Shown here piece by piece: positions 1 to 12,514 of a stretch of DNA of 64,000 nucleotides. The DNA lies in NCBI RefSeq assembly GCF_006345805.1, contig NC_042997.1, positions 29,946,001 to 30,010,000 on the forward strand, given 5' to 3'. The position numbers and the translations under genes are program-made. Position 1 is the stretch's first letter. Each line of letters opens with the position of its first letter. The DNA comes from Octopus sinensis (lineage: Eukaryota). Under the pieces are notes generated by a model. That model made no database searches, had not been told where the DNA came from, and saw only the letters and a list, made by a program, of their open reading frames with translations.

Positions 1-406
1 CTTTTTGGTTAACGATTCTTTTTGTTAATGGTACGGGGGATTAGAATTTTTGCCCATTCTCCCGACTTCAATTAATGTGTATCAGTGAAAATGTTTTGTA
101 GTTGTCTTCTGACTGCTATTTTTAGCGTGCCAGTGCTACCAGTAATAACCTTAATTATTAATTAACATTTTTTTTGCTTAATCGCATATTTTCACGCATG
201 CTATGCCACTTGCTATTACTGTAAACAATAATATCCTTGTATATTTGTTATAATTTATATAAAATATAATACACACACACACATATATAACATATATATA
301 TATATATATATATATAAATTTATATATGAGGATAATATCGATATTTAAGTATCAATATTATCAAGTGGCCAGCATGGGAAAAATACCGTACAAAGGTAAT
401 AATTTT

Positions 407-687
407 TAACAATTAAAAATGAGGGTGTCTAAGAGACACCTACATGCCGAAATAGCAGTCGAAATTCTGACTGTAAAAACCACATTAAGTGTTCATATCG
501 TACCATGGGATAAGACAGAGGGACAAAATACACAAGCAAAAATTATTGAATAATTTGCTTCTGTATTTTGTCCCTCTGTCTTATCCCATGGTACGATATG
601 AACACTTAATGTGGTTTTTACAGTCAGAATTTCGACTGCTATTTCGGCATGTTGGTGTCTCTTAGACACCCTCATTTTTAATTGTTA
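407..687. repeat. Near-perfect 281-bp palindrome (about 140-bp arms, essentially no spacer)
   Basis: TAACAATTAAAAATGAGGGTGTCTAAGAGACACC...AATTATT-G-AATAATT...GGTGTCTCTTAGACACCCTCATTTTTAATTGTTA. The right half is the reverse complement of the left, with only a few differences near the centre. Confidence 0.95.
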
Positions 688-734
688 TATATATATATAT
701 ATATTCATACTAACATATAAACATATATTTATAT

Positions 735-774
<40 letters not shown>

Positions 775-778
<4 letters not shown>

Positions 779-988
779 TAAGCAATAAAGGGTTTAGCAA
801 CGAATTGCCTTACCACATACCGAATTTAGAAATAGCAGTCAAAGAGTTATAGCTATTTCTTCTACTAAAAAGGGAGATCTCAGTAAAAACAGCAATTGGA
901 AGGCAGACACAAACAGGTAATTTGACTGCTATTTCTAAATTCGGTATGTGGTAAGGCAATTCGTTGCTAAACCTTTATTGCTTAGTAT
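775..988. repeat. Inverted repeat, about 68-bp arms with a ~77-bp spacer
   Basis: ATACTAAGCAATAAAGGGTTTAGCAACGAATTGCC...AAATAGCAGTCAAA (775-843) versus TTTGACTGCTATTT...GCTTAGTAT (921-988), one 1-nt indel. Confidence 0.9.
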
Positions 989-1074
989 TACTTAAATTTT
1001 CCTCGAATGAGGCTTTTACATGCCGAAGACTACTTGGTGTAATTGATAATTATTCCAATTAATTAATTTCACCC

Positions 1075-1176
<102 letters not shown>

Positions 1177-1248
1177 TGTATGTATGTATAACCGCTAGCC
1201 TGGTCGAGATGTGTGTGTGTGCGTGAAGAGAAATACACCTATTCTTAA

Positions 1249-1763
1249 ATCTGTGAGCGAGAAATATGTAGTAACAGTACTGGATAGTAAAGTCTATTTT
1301 CCAACGTAAAGTGGCAGTCCTGCTTAACCCCAGAAAACCCAGGTAAACATCTGAAAGATGATGTGCCGGTAGCCAGCTGGAAAAGATGTTTTCCTGACAC
1401 TAAACAGTAGTAACATCTTTCTAAAAATATATACTGTGAGCTAGGCGAGTAACCGTTGGGCTGCAGGTATCGCTTAGGCTGGAGGGGAGCCCACAATGCT
1501 CACAATTGTCCCAGCAATTGTCACATACTGAAGAAGAGAAATAATCCAGAAACATTGGTCTGCAGGTATTGCTAAGGCTGAAGGAGGAGCATTAGCTCCC
1601 TTGCTCCCAGTATACGCACACAGATGATGTGTCGGTAGACAGCTGGAAAATATGTTTACCTGGGGTTAAACAGTAGTAAGATCATCCTAAGCAGGACTGC
1701 CACGTTACATTGACAAATAGCTTTTACTATCAAGTACTCTTCCTGCATAAATCTCGCTCAGAT
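1249..1763. mobile_element. MITE-like element with ~77-bp imperfect terminal inverted repeats and internal direct repeats
   Basis: ATCTGTGAGCGAGAAATATG...GTGGCAGTCCTGCTTA (1249-1326) matches the reverse complement of TAAGCAGGACTGCCAC...TCTCGCTCAGAT (1688-1763). Internal repeats GATGATGTG.CGGTAG.CAGCTGGAAAA occur near 1357 and 1623. No clear TSD. Confidence 0.6.
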
Positions 1764-2062
1764 ATTAATTTGCCATTTTATTAACAAATATATGAGTGAC
1801 TGCTTTCTTCTGACACACGGATTTTCGAAACCTTAACATTTTAATGTGTTGTGGAGCATATTACATTAGACCGATTATGAACTATAGCTGTTAACCCAGG
1901 TAGTATGATTTAAATCAATAGGAAAGCCAATACGAAGCACTGACACGAAAGATGGAGTTAATAATACGCATCTGGGTCTCAAATTTTCTCAGCAGTAGGT
2001 GCAGGAAATATTGAATTAATTCAATATCCTTCTCTATTACTACACTCACTCTCTCTCTTCAG

Positions 2063-2225
2063 TAGGTTAATTTTCTGGAAATCCGATGACACCTACATTT
2101 CTCTAAACAGACAACGATTCACAGACGTTCAAACTGAACGCCACATCAACAGTACTGATGTGACCAATTCTACAAAATCTAATGAATATCACGAGCACCT
2201 GTCTGTACTCTTCACTAAACTATAG
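2063..2225 (+). CDS. Candidate terminal coding exon (RLIFWKSDDTYISLNRQRFTDVQTERHINSTDVTNSTKSNEYHEHLSVLFTKL*), product unknown
   Basis: Pyrimidine tract CACTCTCTCTCTTCAG followed by 53 open codons to TAG. No recognisable family, so chance is not excluded. Confidence 0.2.
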
Positions 2226-3073
2226 AAGACTGGAGAAGAAATATTAGAATCTAATTGTATTCAATAATCTTTCCACCTGTAAAAGAATTGTAATGTAATA
2301 GTTATTTTCTGTGAATTAACGTCGTTCGCTAATTATGTCTCACCGCAATCAGACACACACACAAACACACTCACCCTCTCTCCTGTTTCTCTCTCTCACT
2401 TTCTTTCTCTCTCTTTATCCCTTTCTTTTTTTCTCTTTCTCTCTTTCTTTCTCTCTCCCTGTCTCTTCCTTTTCATTCATCCATACTCAGACGTTTTGGC
2501 TAAATGCAAATTACTAAGAGTTAGTAAATTATGAATGAACGAGTAAGGCTTTAATGTAAATTATATTAGACATTTCTAATTATCAATTTATAGCAGAGAA
2601 TATGATACTTCTAATGCTTCGATAAGTATGCCGTAATTCCATAATTATAATGTCTGAATTTTGTACTTACAATGTCTAAAATGACAATATCTTAATTATC
2701 CATTACATTAGAAACCTATAGAGAATTCACATTATTACTATGCATTTATTATTAGCAATCTCACCTCACTGACCGATGTGCTTTTCGATTAAGCATTGTC
2801 ACCTACCTGGCAATAATACCAATCAATTATCAAGTGTATTTCGTTTCACTGATTAATGATTCACAGAGTAAGAGTGGTGTTGAGTTTTTTTTTTTTGTAA
2901 GATTTCTGTTTTGTATTGCATTATGAAAGAACATTGAAAAATTAACTTCCCCGCTAGATAAAACTGAATAGGTTTACTTTAAAGTGCAAGCATTTATTAA
3001 AGTGATCAAGGTGTACAGCAGGTTCTCGAAATGCTTCTACTTCTGACATAATTCTAAGTACCATGTATATATA

Positions 3074-3478
3074 GGCGCAGGAGTGGGTGTGTGGTAAGTA
3101 GCTTGCTAACCTACCACGTGGTTCCGGGTTCAGTCCCACTGCGTGGCATCTTGGGCAAGTGTCTTCTGCTATAGCCCCGGGCCGACCAATGCCTTGTGAG
3201 TGGATTTGGTAGACGGAAACTGAAAGAAGCCTGTCGTATATATGTATATATGTATATATGTGTGTGTGTGTGTGTTTGTCCCTCTAGCATTGCTTGACAA
3301 CCGATGCTGGTGTGTTTACGTCCCCGTCACTTAGCGGTTCGGCAAAAAGAGACCGATAGAATAAGTACTGGGCTTACAAAGAATAAGTCCCGGGGTCGAT
3401 TTGCTCGACTAAAGGAGGTGCTCCAGCATGGCCGCAGTCAAATAACTGAAACAAGTAAAAGAGTAAAGAGTAAAGAGT
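3074..3478 (+). mobile_element. tRNA-derived SINE, family A (CORE-like centre, internal TA/TG microsatellite, AAGAGT tail)
   Basis: Head GGCGCAGGAGTGG.TGTGTGGTAAG with B-box-like GGTTCAGTCCC, then CTTGGGCAAGTGTCTT, tail (AAAGAGT)n. Near-identical copies at 10054, 18671, 22399, 28868, 32961, 44444 and 51600. Confidence 0.9.
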
Positions 3479-4204
3479 ATACCCTGGTCTTAGTAAATAC
3501 TGCAGTATCACTGCAACCAAATATAAATGTAAAAAGGTTTGAATGGAGGTAAGCCACCAGTAAATGCATTAATATATATAAAAATAAAATTTCAGTGTAT
3601 TTGCTTACCGCCAGCAAATTTACGTTTTGCTGCTAAACAAGTAATAAAGAGAACAGCCAGCACAGTTAGTTGTTTCAACATCGTTTCTAGCTGGAAGAAG
3701 AAAAAAAAACAAACAAGAATGTTATATTTCATCAAAAGGGCAATATATAATTGGAAAATTCTAGAGAGGTAGAATAATTAAGATAACGTGGAAGACGATG
3801 TGAGAGATGAGCAAAGGAGAGACGGCAAAGGAAAACTGAAGTGAATATTTTATTATATTTCATATATGGAGATGTCCTAAGAAAATGAAAGAGAATATAC
3901 ACTAAAATTGGACAAAATGCCATGAATTGCAGAAGAGAATTTTGAATACGAGACCACAGAAACTATTGCAAATAATGCACATAAAATTTCAGTCACAATA
4001 AAGATAACAAATATATATATGTACGTGTGTGTCTATATATATATACATGACATATATATACATATATATATATGACATATATATACATATATATATGACA
4101 TATATATACATATATATATATAGCATATATATACAACATATGTATATACACGCTGTGTATTTATAGTGAAATATATTGTATGTGGTTAGACGATCTAATA
4201 CGGA

Positions 4205-4384
4205 ATGATAGATCGTTAGCCACTACACACATTTTTTTCTCTCCTTGTTTTTTCTGTGTACCTTTCTGTAAAAGAGCGTAGGCTCGAAACGTAGAAGACT
4301 TTTTCTATTCCTGACCGTTATACTAATATATCTGTTTGTTTTGTACACCACCTATCTTCGTCTTTTGTTTTATTCGTAAACTTT

Positions 4385-4390
<6 letters not shown>
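4205..4390 (+). mobile_element. Penelope-type terminal repeat fragment with a hammerhead-like relic
   Basis: Homologous to 13425-13640 on the opposite strand. Contains CTGTAAAA-GAGC-GTAG-GCTC-GAAA-CGTA (4266-4293). Confidence 0.5.
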
Positions 4391-4435
<45 letters not shown>

Positions 4436-4485
4436 CATATATACTTCTAATATAAGAATTTTTTTTTAATTATCAGTAGCTAGCA

Positions 4486-5200
4486 TACTAAAATATCTTT
4501 TAAGGTGAAAATTATAAACAATTATAAATAAGTGCAACAGAAATTTTTTTTTTTTTGCCAATATGCTGAAAAGGATAGATTTTACATCTTCTAACCACAT
4601 AAAATGTATTCCCTATAAATGCACAGCGTTTTGAAACGAAGAAAGGAAGCTAGCAGAACTTTTTTTAAATTCCATTATCCCCGAATGGGACCATTATAGG
4701 GATTAATCCAAAAGGATTTTTCCTTTTTCCTCCATCAACGAGGAACACGATAAGAATAGATGAAATACTTACATATACCCACGGAAAAGTCAGGTGCAAA
4801 GTCACGCTTACACTTAAGTACCCCAAATATATCCAAATAGAAATTCTGTAGCATGTCTCAACACGTGTATAGTCGGTCATGCAACATACATGAAGTGGTT
4901 ACCAGTCCCGAAGTGGGTATATATAAGTATTCCATTTTTTCTAATCGTGCTATTCGCTTATGAAGGAAAAATCCATCTGGATTAATCCAGAAATCAGTCC
5001 GATTCGGGGATAACGGAATTTTAAAGGTTTCTATTAGCTTGCTTTCCTCGTTTCAACACGATGTGTATTTATAGTGAAATATATTGTATGTGGTTAGACT
5101 ATCTAATATCTATTTTTTTTCAGCATACTAGCAAAGAAACTTTCTTTCTTTTGCTCTTATTTTGTAATTGTTTATAATTTTCACCTTAAAAGGTATTTTA
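4486..5200. mobile_element. Foldback element with ~300-bp imperfect inverted arms and a ~125-bp spacer
   Basis: 4486-4790 aligns with the reverse complement of 4915-5200, for example TTTTAAGGTGAAAATTATAAACAATTA versus TAATTGTTTATAATTTTCACCTTAAAA, and TCCCCGAAT versus ATTCGGGGA. Confidence 0.8.
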
Positions 5201-5267
5201 ATATTCTGTCCACTGTTAAAATTGTTTTTGAAAAATGTTATCTTTATATTAGAAGTAAATGTATTAC

Positions 5268-5640
5268 CATTCACATCGGGACTGGTAACCACTTTACGTG
5301 GTCCCTGATCCACTATACGTGTGTTGAGGCTCGCTACAGAATTTCTGTTTGGATACATTTAGGGTACTTACGTGTACGGATAACCTTGCATCAGCTTTCT
5401 CCGTAGGTATATGTAAGTATTCTATATATTCTTATCGTGTTCCTTGCTGATGAAGGAAAAATCCTTTTGGATTGCCTCAGAAATTGATCCGATTCGGAGA
5501 TAAGGGAATCAAAATTTTTTTGTTAGCTTGCCTTCCTCATTTCAAAACGCTGTGTATTTTATGTGGTTAGACGATCTAAAGTCTATTTTTTCAGTATATT
5601 GGCAATGAAATTTTTGTTTTGCTCTTATTTATAATTGTTT
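5268..5640. mobile_element. Second, partial copy of the foldback element (reversed spacer plus one arm)
   Basis: GGGACTGGTAACCACTT...CTACAGAATTTCT is the reverse complement of the 4790-4915 spacer, followed by an arm homologous to 4915-5200. Confidence 0.75.
5441..5500 (+). ncRNA. Type I hammerhead ribozyme-like motif in the foldback arm
   Basis: TTG-CTGATGA-AGG AAA AATCC TTTT GGATT G CCT-CA-GAAA-TTGATC-CGA. The core is intact, helix I pairs TTG/CGA, and the putative cleavage triplet is AUC after 5489. Two extra nt before GAAA are non-canonical. Confidence 0.5.
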
Positions 5641-5894
5641 ATATATATATATACATAATAATAATATTAGGGAGTAGATCCAAACTTATTGGCTATAAAC
5701 ATAATTCGAATTATTGATTGCATTTAAATTATTGTTGTTCGAATTAGGTTATGGGCATGAAACGATCGTAGTGGTTTTACTTTTTATCTTATATTAAACT
5801 TTTTAATACTTTTTGATAGTTATATATATTTAACAAAAAGAATAAATAAATATATATTTAAATAAATAAAAAATAAAAATAAAAATAAAAATAA

Positions 5895-5934
<40 letters not shown>

Positions 5935-6042
5935 AATTTATAAGTATAAATTAATAATTTAATTTTTTTCTTATTTTTAACTTTAAATTTAAATAATTTG
6001 AATTTTGAATTTTATATATATATATATATATAATTTGAATTT

Positions 6043-6132
<90 letters not shown>

Positions 6133-6179
6133 TATATATATGGAATCACTTGTTAATGAAAAATGAGAGTTCAATAAAA

Positions 6180-7530
6180 TAAAGGATTGATCATATTTTA
6201 TGAGTGGACGGCTAGGCCTGCTTTGTTTCGTGCCACAAAACCACAATGACAGATAAGGTTTTCATTTACAGGCGCAGCGTTTTGGCAGCGTGCCTTCATG
6301 CTTGCACGACGTTTGTCCCAATGTTGGAGTCGATTTTGCTCAAAAGTTAGAACTGAGGAGAAGCCACGGTAATAAAGGCATTGTTGCATCATTTCACATT
6401 GTCTTTTAGTTTGTCTTTGAAGCACATGAGTGGCCTTCCAACTTATTTCCCTGTTGAGAAATGGCCAAAGAGAAGTTGCTTCGGAATTGTGAGATCACTC
6501 ATACGTGAGAGATGATCTGACCATTTAAGCCGCATTTTGATGAGGATGGCTTTAATACCTGATATGTTGCATTTTGTAAATACCTCACTGTTACGAATAT
6601 GGCTGCTCGGTTTTATGTTGGAGATAGTAGGCAAGCATCGAATATGAAAATCGTCAAGCTGTTTGGTGTGCTATCGATACAAAGTCCAAGATTCAGCACC
6701 ATAAATAAATGTTGTCAAAACTACCGACTTAAATTCATTAACGTTCTCCTGTTCCATAGCTCGTGTTAAAGCTTACCGAAAGCGGAGCTAGCCTTCCCCA
6801 TTCTGGACTCGATTTCTTTATACGTCTTCGCATCATTGGACACAATGGAACGAAGATAAGTGAAGGAGGGAACAGTTGTTTATGCTTTCTCATCAACATA
6901 TACAGTAGGGGCAACAGTGGGAGGATGTCGCGAATGGCCTGATGGAAAAGCTCAGTTTCCTTGATGTTGATGGTCGGACAAAAAGTTTTCGGTGCACGCG
7001 AGAAGTTGTTTAGAATTCAGTGCATGTTCTCAAGAGTGAGTGCTACAAGTACACAATCGTCTGCGAAGAGCGAACTATTTGCACTAAAATATTATATTCT
7101 TGCTTTGAATCGCTGTTGGTTGAACGAACAAGTTCTGTACTCAAACTTTACTGTATCTTTCACACCTTCGAACACTGCTTCCAACATGACGGAGCAATAC
7201 AATGTAAATAAGAGTGGTGCAAGAATACAGCCTTGTTTTATCCCATTTAAAACTGTGAATGAATTGGTCACTTCCCCGCTAGATCTGACAGAAGCCGTCA
7301 TTACTTGATGGAAAGAAATTATGATATTGGGCATCTTTTCTGGAACATCTAGTTTTCTAAGGACAGCCCAAAGAGCATCCCTAGATACGGTGTCGAAAGC
7401 TTTAGTTAGATCTACATAAGTGGCAAAAAGGTCTCGGCTGTGCCCCAGATCCTTTTCCTGGAGCTACCTTGAGTTAAAAATCATATCCACTGTGCATCTC
7501 CAGCCCGAAATCCACACTGGTAGGGCCAAA
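6180..7530 (-). mobile_element. RTE-clade LINE, 3' part of the RT ORF, decayed
   Basis: Minus-strand peptides CTVDMIF, YVDLTKAFDTVSR, GIKQGCILAPLLF, KMRLKWSDHLSRMSDLTIPKQLLFG and a C-terminal CHCGFVARNKAGLAVHS, broken by stops and frameshifts. Confidence 0.9.
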
Positions 7531-7733
7531 ATTGAAGACCTTCACGGCCCTTGGTGAAAACAAGATTAAAGTATTTATCAATTAAACCAATAAGCGTGGA
7601 ATAGTAACATCACCTAGTTTCTCGGCAGCAAATTCTCCCCTTTACCAGTAGAGTTAAAATTCAGTTTTGAACTAATATTTAGGACAACATCCAACACACA
7701 GTTAAACAAAAGAACTTGTGTGTGTGTGTCTGT

Positions 7734-7805
<72 letters not shown>

Positions 7806-7946
7806 TAAGAGCGAGGAAATAAAAGTTTTTGAATAAAATGCCTAGTTTGGTTCCTTCAGATCATGAGCCTATTGGTAAACTTTCTTTAGTTCCTATCTGA
7901 TGTAATAGTTTGTTTCTTGGCTACTTAGATTGTAAAACACAGTATA

Positions 7947-7998
<52 letters not shown>

Positions 7999-7999
7999 G

Positions 8000-8215
8000 T
8001 CTTTGTGTGTGTGTTTGTCTCCTACCATCGTTTTACAACTGATGTTGGTGTGTTTATGCCCACTGACCTAGTGGTTTGGTAAAAGAGACCGATAGAATAT
8101 GTAATAAGCTTAAAAAGAATAAGTTCTGGGGTTGATTTCTTCGACTAAAACCGTTTAATTTGGTACTCAAGCATGGCCGCAGCCAGATGGCTGAAACAAA
8201 TAAAACAATAAAGAA
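8000..8215 (+). mobile_element. Older, diverged 3' half of SINE family A
   Basis: GAGACCGATAGAATA...GCATGGCCGCAG...TGAAACAAATAAAA matches the family A tail. Confidence 0.75.
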
Positions 8216-10016
8216 TTAAAAAAAACATATACACACACATATGTGTATGTGTGGGTGAATGTGTAAGATGTGTGCTTTAACGTCAGTATTTTGACATGTT
8301 TATGATTTTTAAAAATACTATAACTCCTGCCAAATATATCATTTGTTTATTTTAGTGTGTTAATGTCTGCAAAATTATTTTAATCTTGTCCACACAAAAG
8401 CCGTTACAAGTAAAATGAAGAATAAAACATTTGTCAGGTCAATAAATATTTGTAGTCAGGATTACATTTTACATATATGTCGTAGTATTTCTTTTATGCA
8501 TGTGTACTCAAGTACGTAAAGCAATAAAATTGGATTGGCGTATTTTTATGTATATTTGTTTGCGTATTCGTAGAATTTTGTGTTTCTTATATAGGTGTGT
8601 AAATATATATGTGCATGCACATGTGTATATCAGTGGACGTCTGCACGCATTGGTTACTTTTCTTCTTACACACACACACGTGTGTATGTGTGTGTGTTTG
8701 TGAGTGTGTGTGTGTATGTGCGTGTGCATGTACCTCTATTTCTATACACGTGCGAAGGTATAAGGATACACTTGATTATGTAATTGTTATATCGCAATAC
8801 TACACAGTGGCTGTGTGACTACGAAATCCTCGTTGCCACTGTTATGACACACGTTCGGATGAACTCTACTCAACTTTGCTCTTCTCCTACTACGCTGCTA
8901 CTCTACCACGACGTCTAGACTTCTCCCTCTATATCTACGTATTGGGCATGTCTACTTCATCGTCTGGGCCGTCCACACAACAATAATTTTCTGTCATTGT
9001 TGATATTATAATGCAATGTATCTGACACATTGTTCATTCCTCGGCTAGAAAAATGCTTCTACTTTTGAAGTAACAACACACTCAATATCATTTTTAAACT
9101 CTTCAGAATTAATAAACTTTTTCCTTCTTAATAATATTCCAATCATCTGAAAAGATGATAATCACGAGGGGCAAAGACAGGAGGAACATGAAGGTAGAAT
9201 TCCCTCTAACCTTGCATCTAAGCGAGTACATAGTCTGTGTGTACCTCCCCTTGAAATCACTGGCTGTCACACCCATGTAGTGCATAGGGATTCCATCGGG
9301 TTGTGAGAGGGTGGCTCTGTACTCTACAGCCCTCGTGAGGCACGATCCATCTAGTGGGCAGCTAGTAAGGTATCGGAAGTTAGAGGTTGGGATGGAAGTT
9401 GTGCAGTTTCATATTTATATCTGTTCTAGCACACAATGTCAGAAGTGATGTTATCTAAACAAGAGTAGCTCACCTCGACGTTATGTGAGTTGAAAACCTT
9501 ATAGAACACCTGGCTCCAAGGAAAATGCTTCCTAGTAAGCTCCTACCTAGGTTGTTGGAAATTCCTAGGTTATATGGAGGTTGTCTTCGGGTTTGGAGTC
9601 CTCAATATATGCTACGTTCTCGAAAAAATCCACTCTTTGAGGCTCGATTGTTCCAATGTTTATTTGCTTCCATTGTGGGCTGTATATTTCAATGAAATAC
9701 ATCTAGCAACATTATGATGAATTTTTTTAAACATCCAGAAACAGTTGTTGGACTTAAAATACCTTACCTCTTCCCCTGTTATTTCCTCTGCCGTTTGTAT
9801 GCGGTGTAGGCTTGATCTACTATTACAAATGTTTATATATCTATACTTGAATATCCATTGTCTAAAAATTCTCAGGCTTTGCCTTCTTTCTGCTTGCATA
9901 TATACATAAATATATTTTTTGCATATCAAACCCAACTTGCTATATTTAATTTGTTTATCCACATAATTACCTCCGTACACACTCATACACACATACATGC
10001 GTACATACACACACAC

Positions 10017-10053
<37 letters not shown>

Positions 10054-10055
<2 letters not shown>

Positions 10056-10459
10056 CGCAGGAATGGCTGTGTGGTAAGTAGCTTGCTTACCAACCACATG
10101 GTTCCGGGTTCAGTCCCACTGCGTGGCACCTTGGGCAAGTGTCTTCTACTATAGCCTCGGGCCGACCAAAGCCTTGTGGGTGGATTTGGTAGACGGAAAC
10201 TGAAAGAAGCCTGTCGTATATATGTATATATATATGTGTGCGTGTGTGTCTGTGTTTGTCCCCCCACCATCGCTTGACAACCGATGCTGGTATGTTTACG
10301 TACCCGTCACTTAGCGGTTCGGCAAAAAGAGACCGATAGAATAAGTACTGGGCTTACAAAGAATAAGTCCCGGGGTCGAGTTGCTAGACTAAAGGCGGTG
10401 CTCCAGCATGGCCGCAGTCAAATGACTGAAACAAGTAAAAGAGTAAAAGAGTAAAGAGT
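10054..10459 (+). mobile_element. tRNA-derived SINE, family A
   Basis: Full head-to-tail match with 3074-3478. Confidence 0.9.
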
Positions 10460-12231
10460 ATTAGTCAATAGGCATAGTTCTTCATCACCACATATCCGAA
10501 ACTGCTTTATTTAGTTCTGCACGCAATCTATTCTCTATATTTCATTTCTCTCTGTAGTAAACATACACTCCATTTGAATGTCTCCGAGAAAGCTATAACA
10601 TGCCATACGAGCGCTCATGTCTGAGTGTAGGCCTCTTATGCCAGAAAGATTTGTAACTTAACAGAAGTGTTTACTTAACATCTGTTCCTTCGTCAATCTT
10701 TAACTAATATTCTATCTTATACTCAGGTGATGTGTTGCTTTAAATCATAAGTATATTGAGTTCTAACAACTGAGTATTTCTACGTCTATGACTAAGTAAA
10801 ATCATTAAACGCACATAAAGATTGATGGATGAAAAGATAGAAAGATATATATACATACATACACACTCATACACACAGAAAATTTCTGATTGACGTCATT
10901 TCAATCTGAGACTGCACAGAAATAGCTTAGCTTATGATATTTGAGATTTAAGAAAAAAATGTGAAATAATATTATTCTTGAATAATTTTAACGCATAGAA
11001 GAAAAAATATTAATCACATTACCGAAGGAGGCATATTTATTTTAAATGAAGTTACGCAGCTTACCATGATATTTTTTTTTTCCGCTGAACAATAAAAAAT
11101 TATCCTGGTATCAGAGAAAGTGATCATATAAAATGTTTAGTGGGTCTTAGTTAAAAGTAAAAAATGTATAATCAAACGGCATAATAAGACATTTATATTA
11201 CTTGATACGCCTTCGCAATTGACAGGTCTTTGCAATTTTACAAACATTAATCATGTTGTGGACTATAGAAACTGACTTTAATTCAAATCATATCTAAAAC
11301 AGGAAAATACCTTTTCAAAGTACTTTTTATTAATATACTCCATAAAAATTTCTAATGAAAGCCTAATTTATAAAATCTCAGACTAAAGAAAATGTTATGC
11401 GGAGACATAAAATTTACACATATATATATACTCATATAAATTTCACACACCCACTCCTCCGCGCGCACAAACACATATTACATGTGCGGGATTGTTCGTT
11501 TAAGTGTTTGTGAGCACATTTCCTCTTTTAAAATTTTTGGAAACACTAGTGTAGTCTAGTTTTTCTCATTTCTATGAAGAGTGATTTTATAATTTCTTCT
11601 TTGATATTGGCATTTGTCAAGAACTGTACAGTTCCCAACACCATCATCAATGTTCTAAAAATAGTGTTTTCCTTTGGAAAAAAAGTGAGTTTGATGAGGT
11701 CAATTTAATTAGGGTGTTGAAGGAATTTGAAATTTTGGCCATTAGATTCATACTGGAATCTGTTTTTGACTTAAAATATTTCTAGGATCGTATTATCCTT
11801 TTTCCCACAGAAATATTTAGTTACATACCAGTGTTAATATGAATTACAGAAAAAGTGAGCTCCTGGGAGTATCTGTGTTATAATTGGTTAACTCGAGTCC
11901 ACCAAAGGATAAGTGCTTCATGCTCATACGCACGAATGTGATTTGGCTTCTTCATATTGAAGATATATTTTCTATTTATGCAAGGGAGTGAAGTAAGGAA
12001 TAGTTACTGATCTTAACGCTTGTTTAAGAATACCTTAATGCATATGGTCTGTGTAGAATTACTTATGCAAAATCGTCGAATGATTTTGGCACTTGAGTTT
12101 ATAAAAATATCACGTTGTCCATGTCTATATATATAAGTCAATTATTTTTCAGTGCAGTGTTCTAGATTATACTTCATTTATTGTTAGGTCAGTTTTCTTT
12201 CTACCCTGGAGTATAAAGGCGAGCTAACTGT

Positions 12232-12308
<77 letters not shown>

Positions 12309-12514
12309 CATATATATATATAATATATATATACATACATACATGGTGGCTACCCCCACGTTATCGAGTATGGCCATTGCACGAAGCTTAATCAATGTTG
12401 TTATCGTGCAATGCATGTGCAAGAGATTTTTTTAACGTGAAGAAAGGCCTTGCACTGAGTCAATCTCACTCACTAAGCAACAGCAGACATAATCCGAAAA
12501 GAAGAACAAGTCAT

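Noticed and set aside
1520-1570. CTGAAGA...GAAACATTGGTC hammerhead-like string
   Set aside because: Helix II does not close (A...A with no stem) and helix I pairs for only 2 bp.
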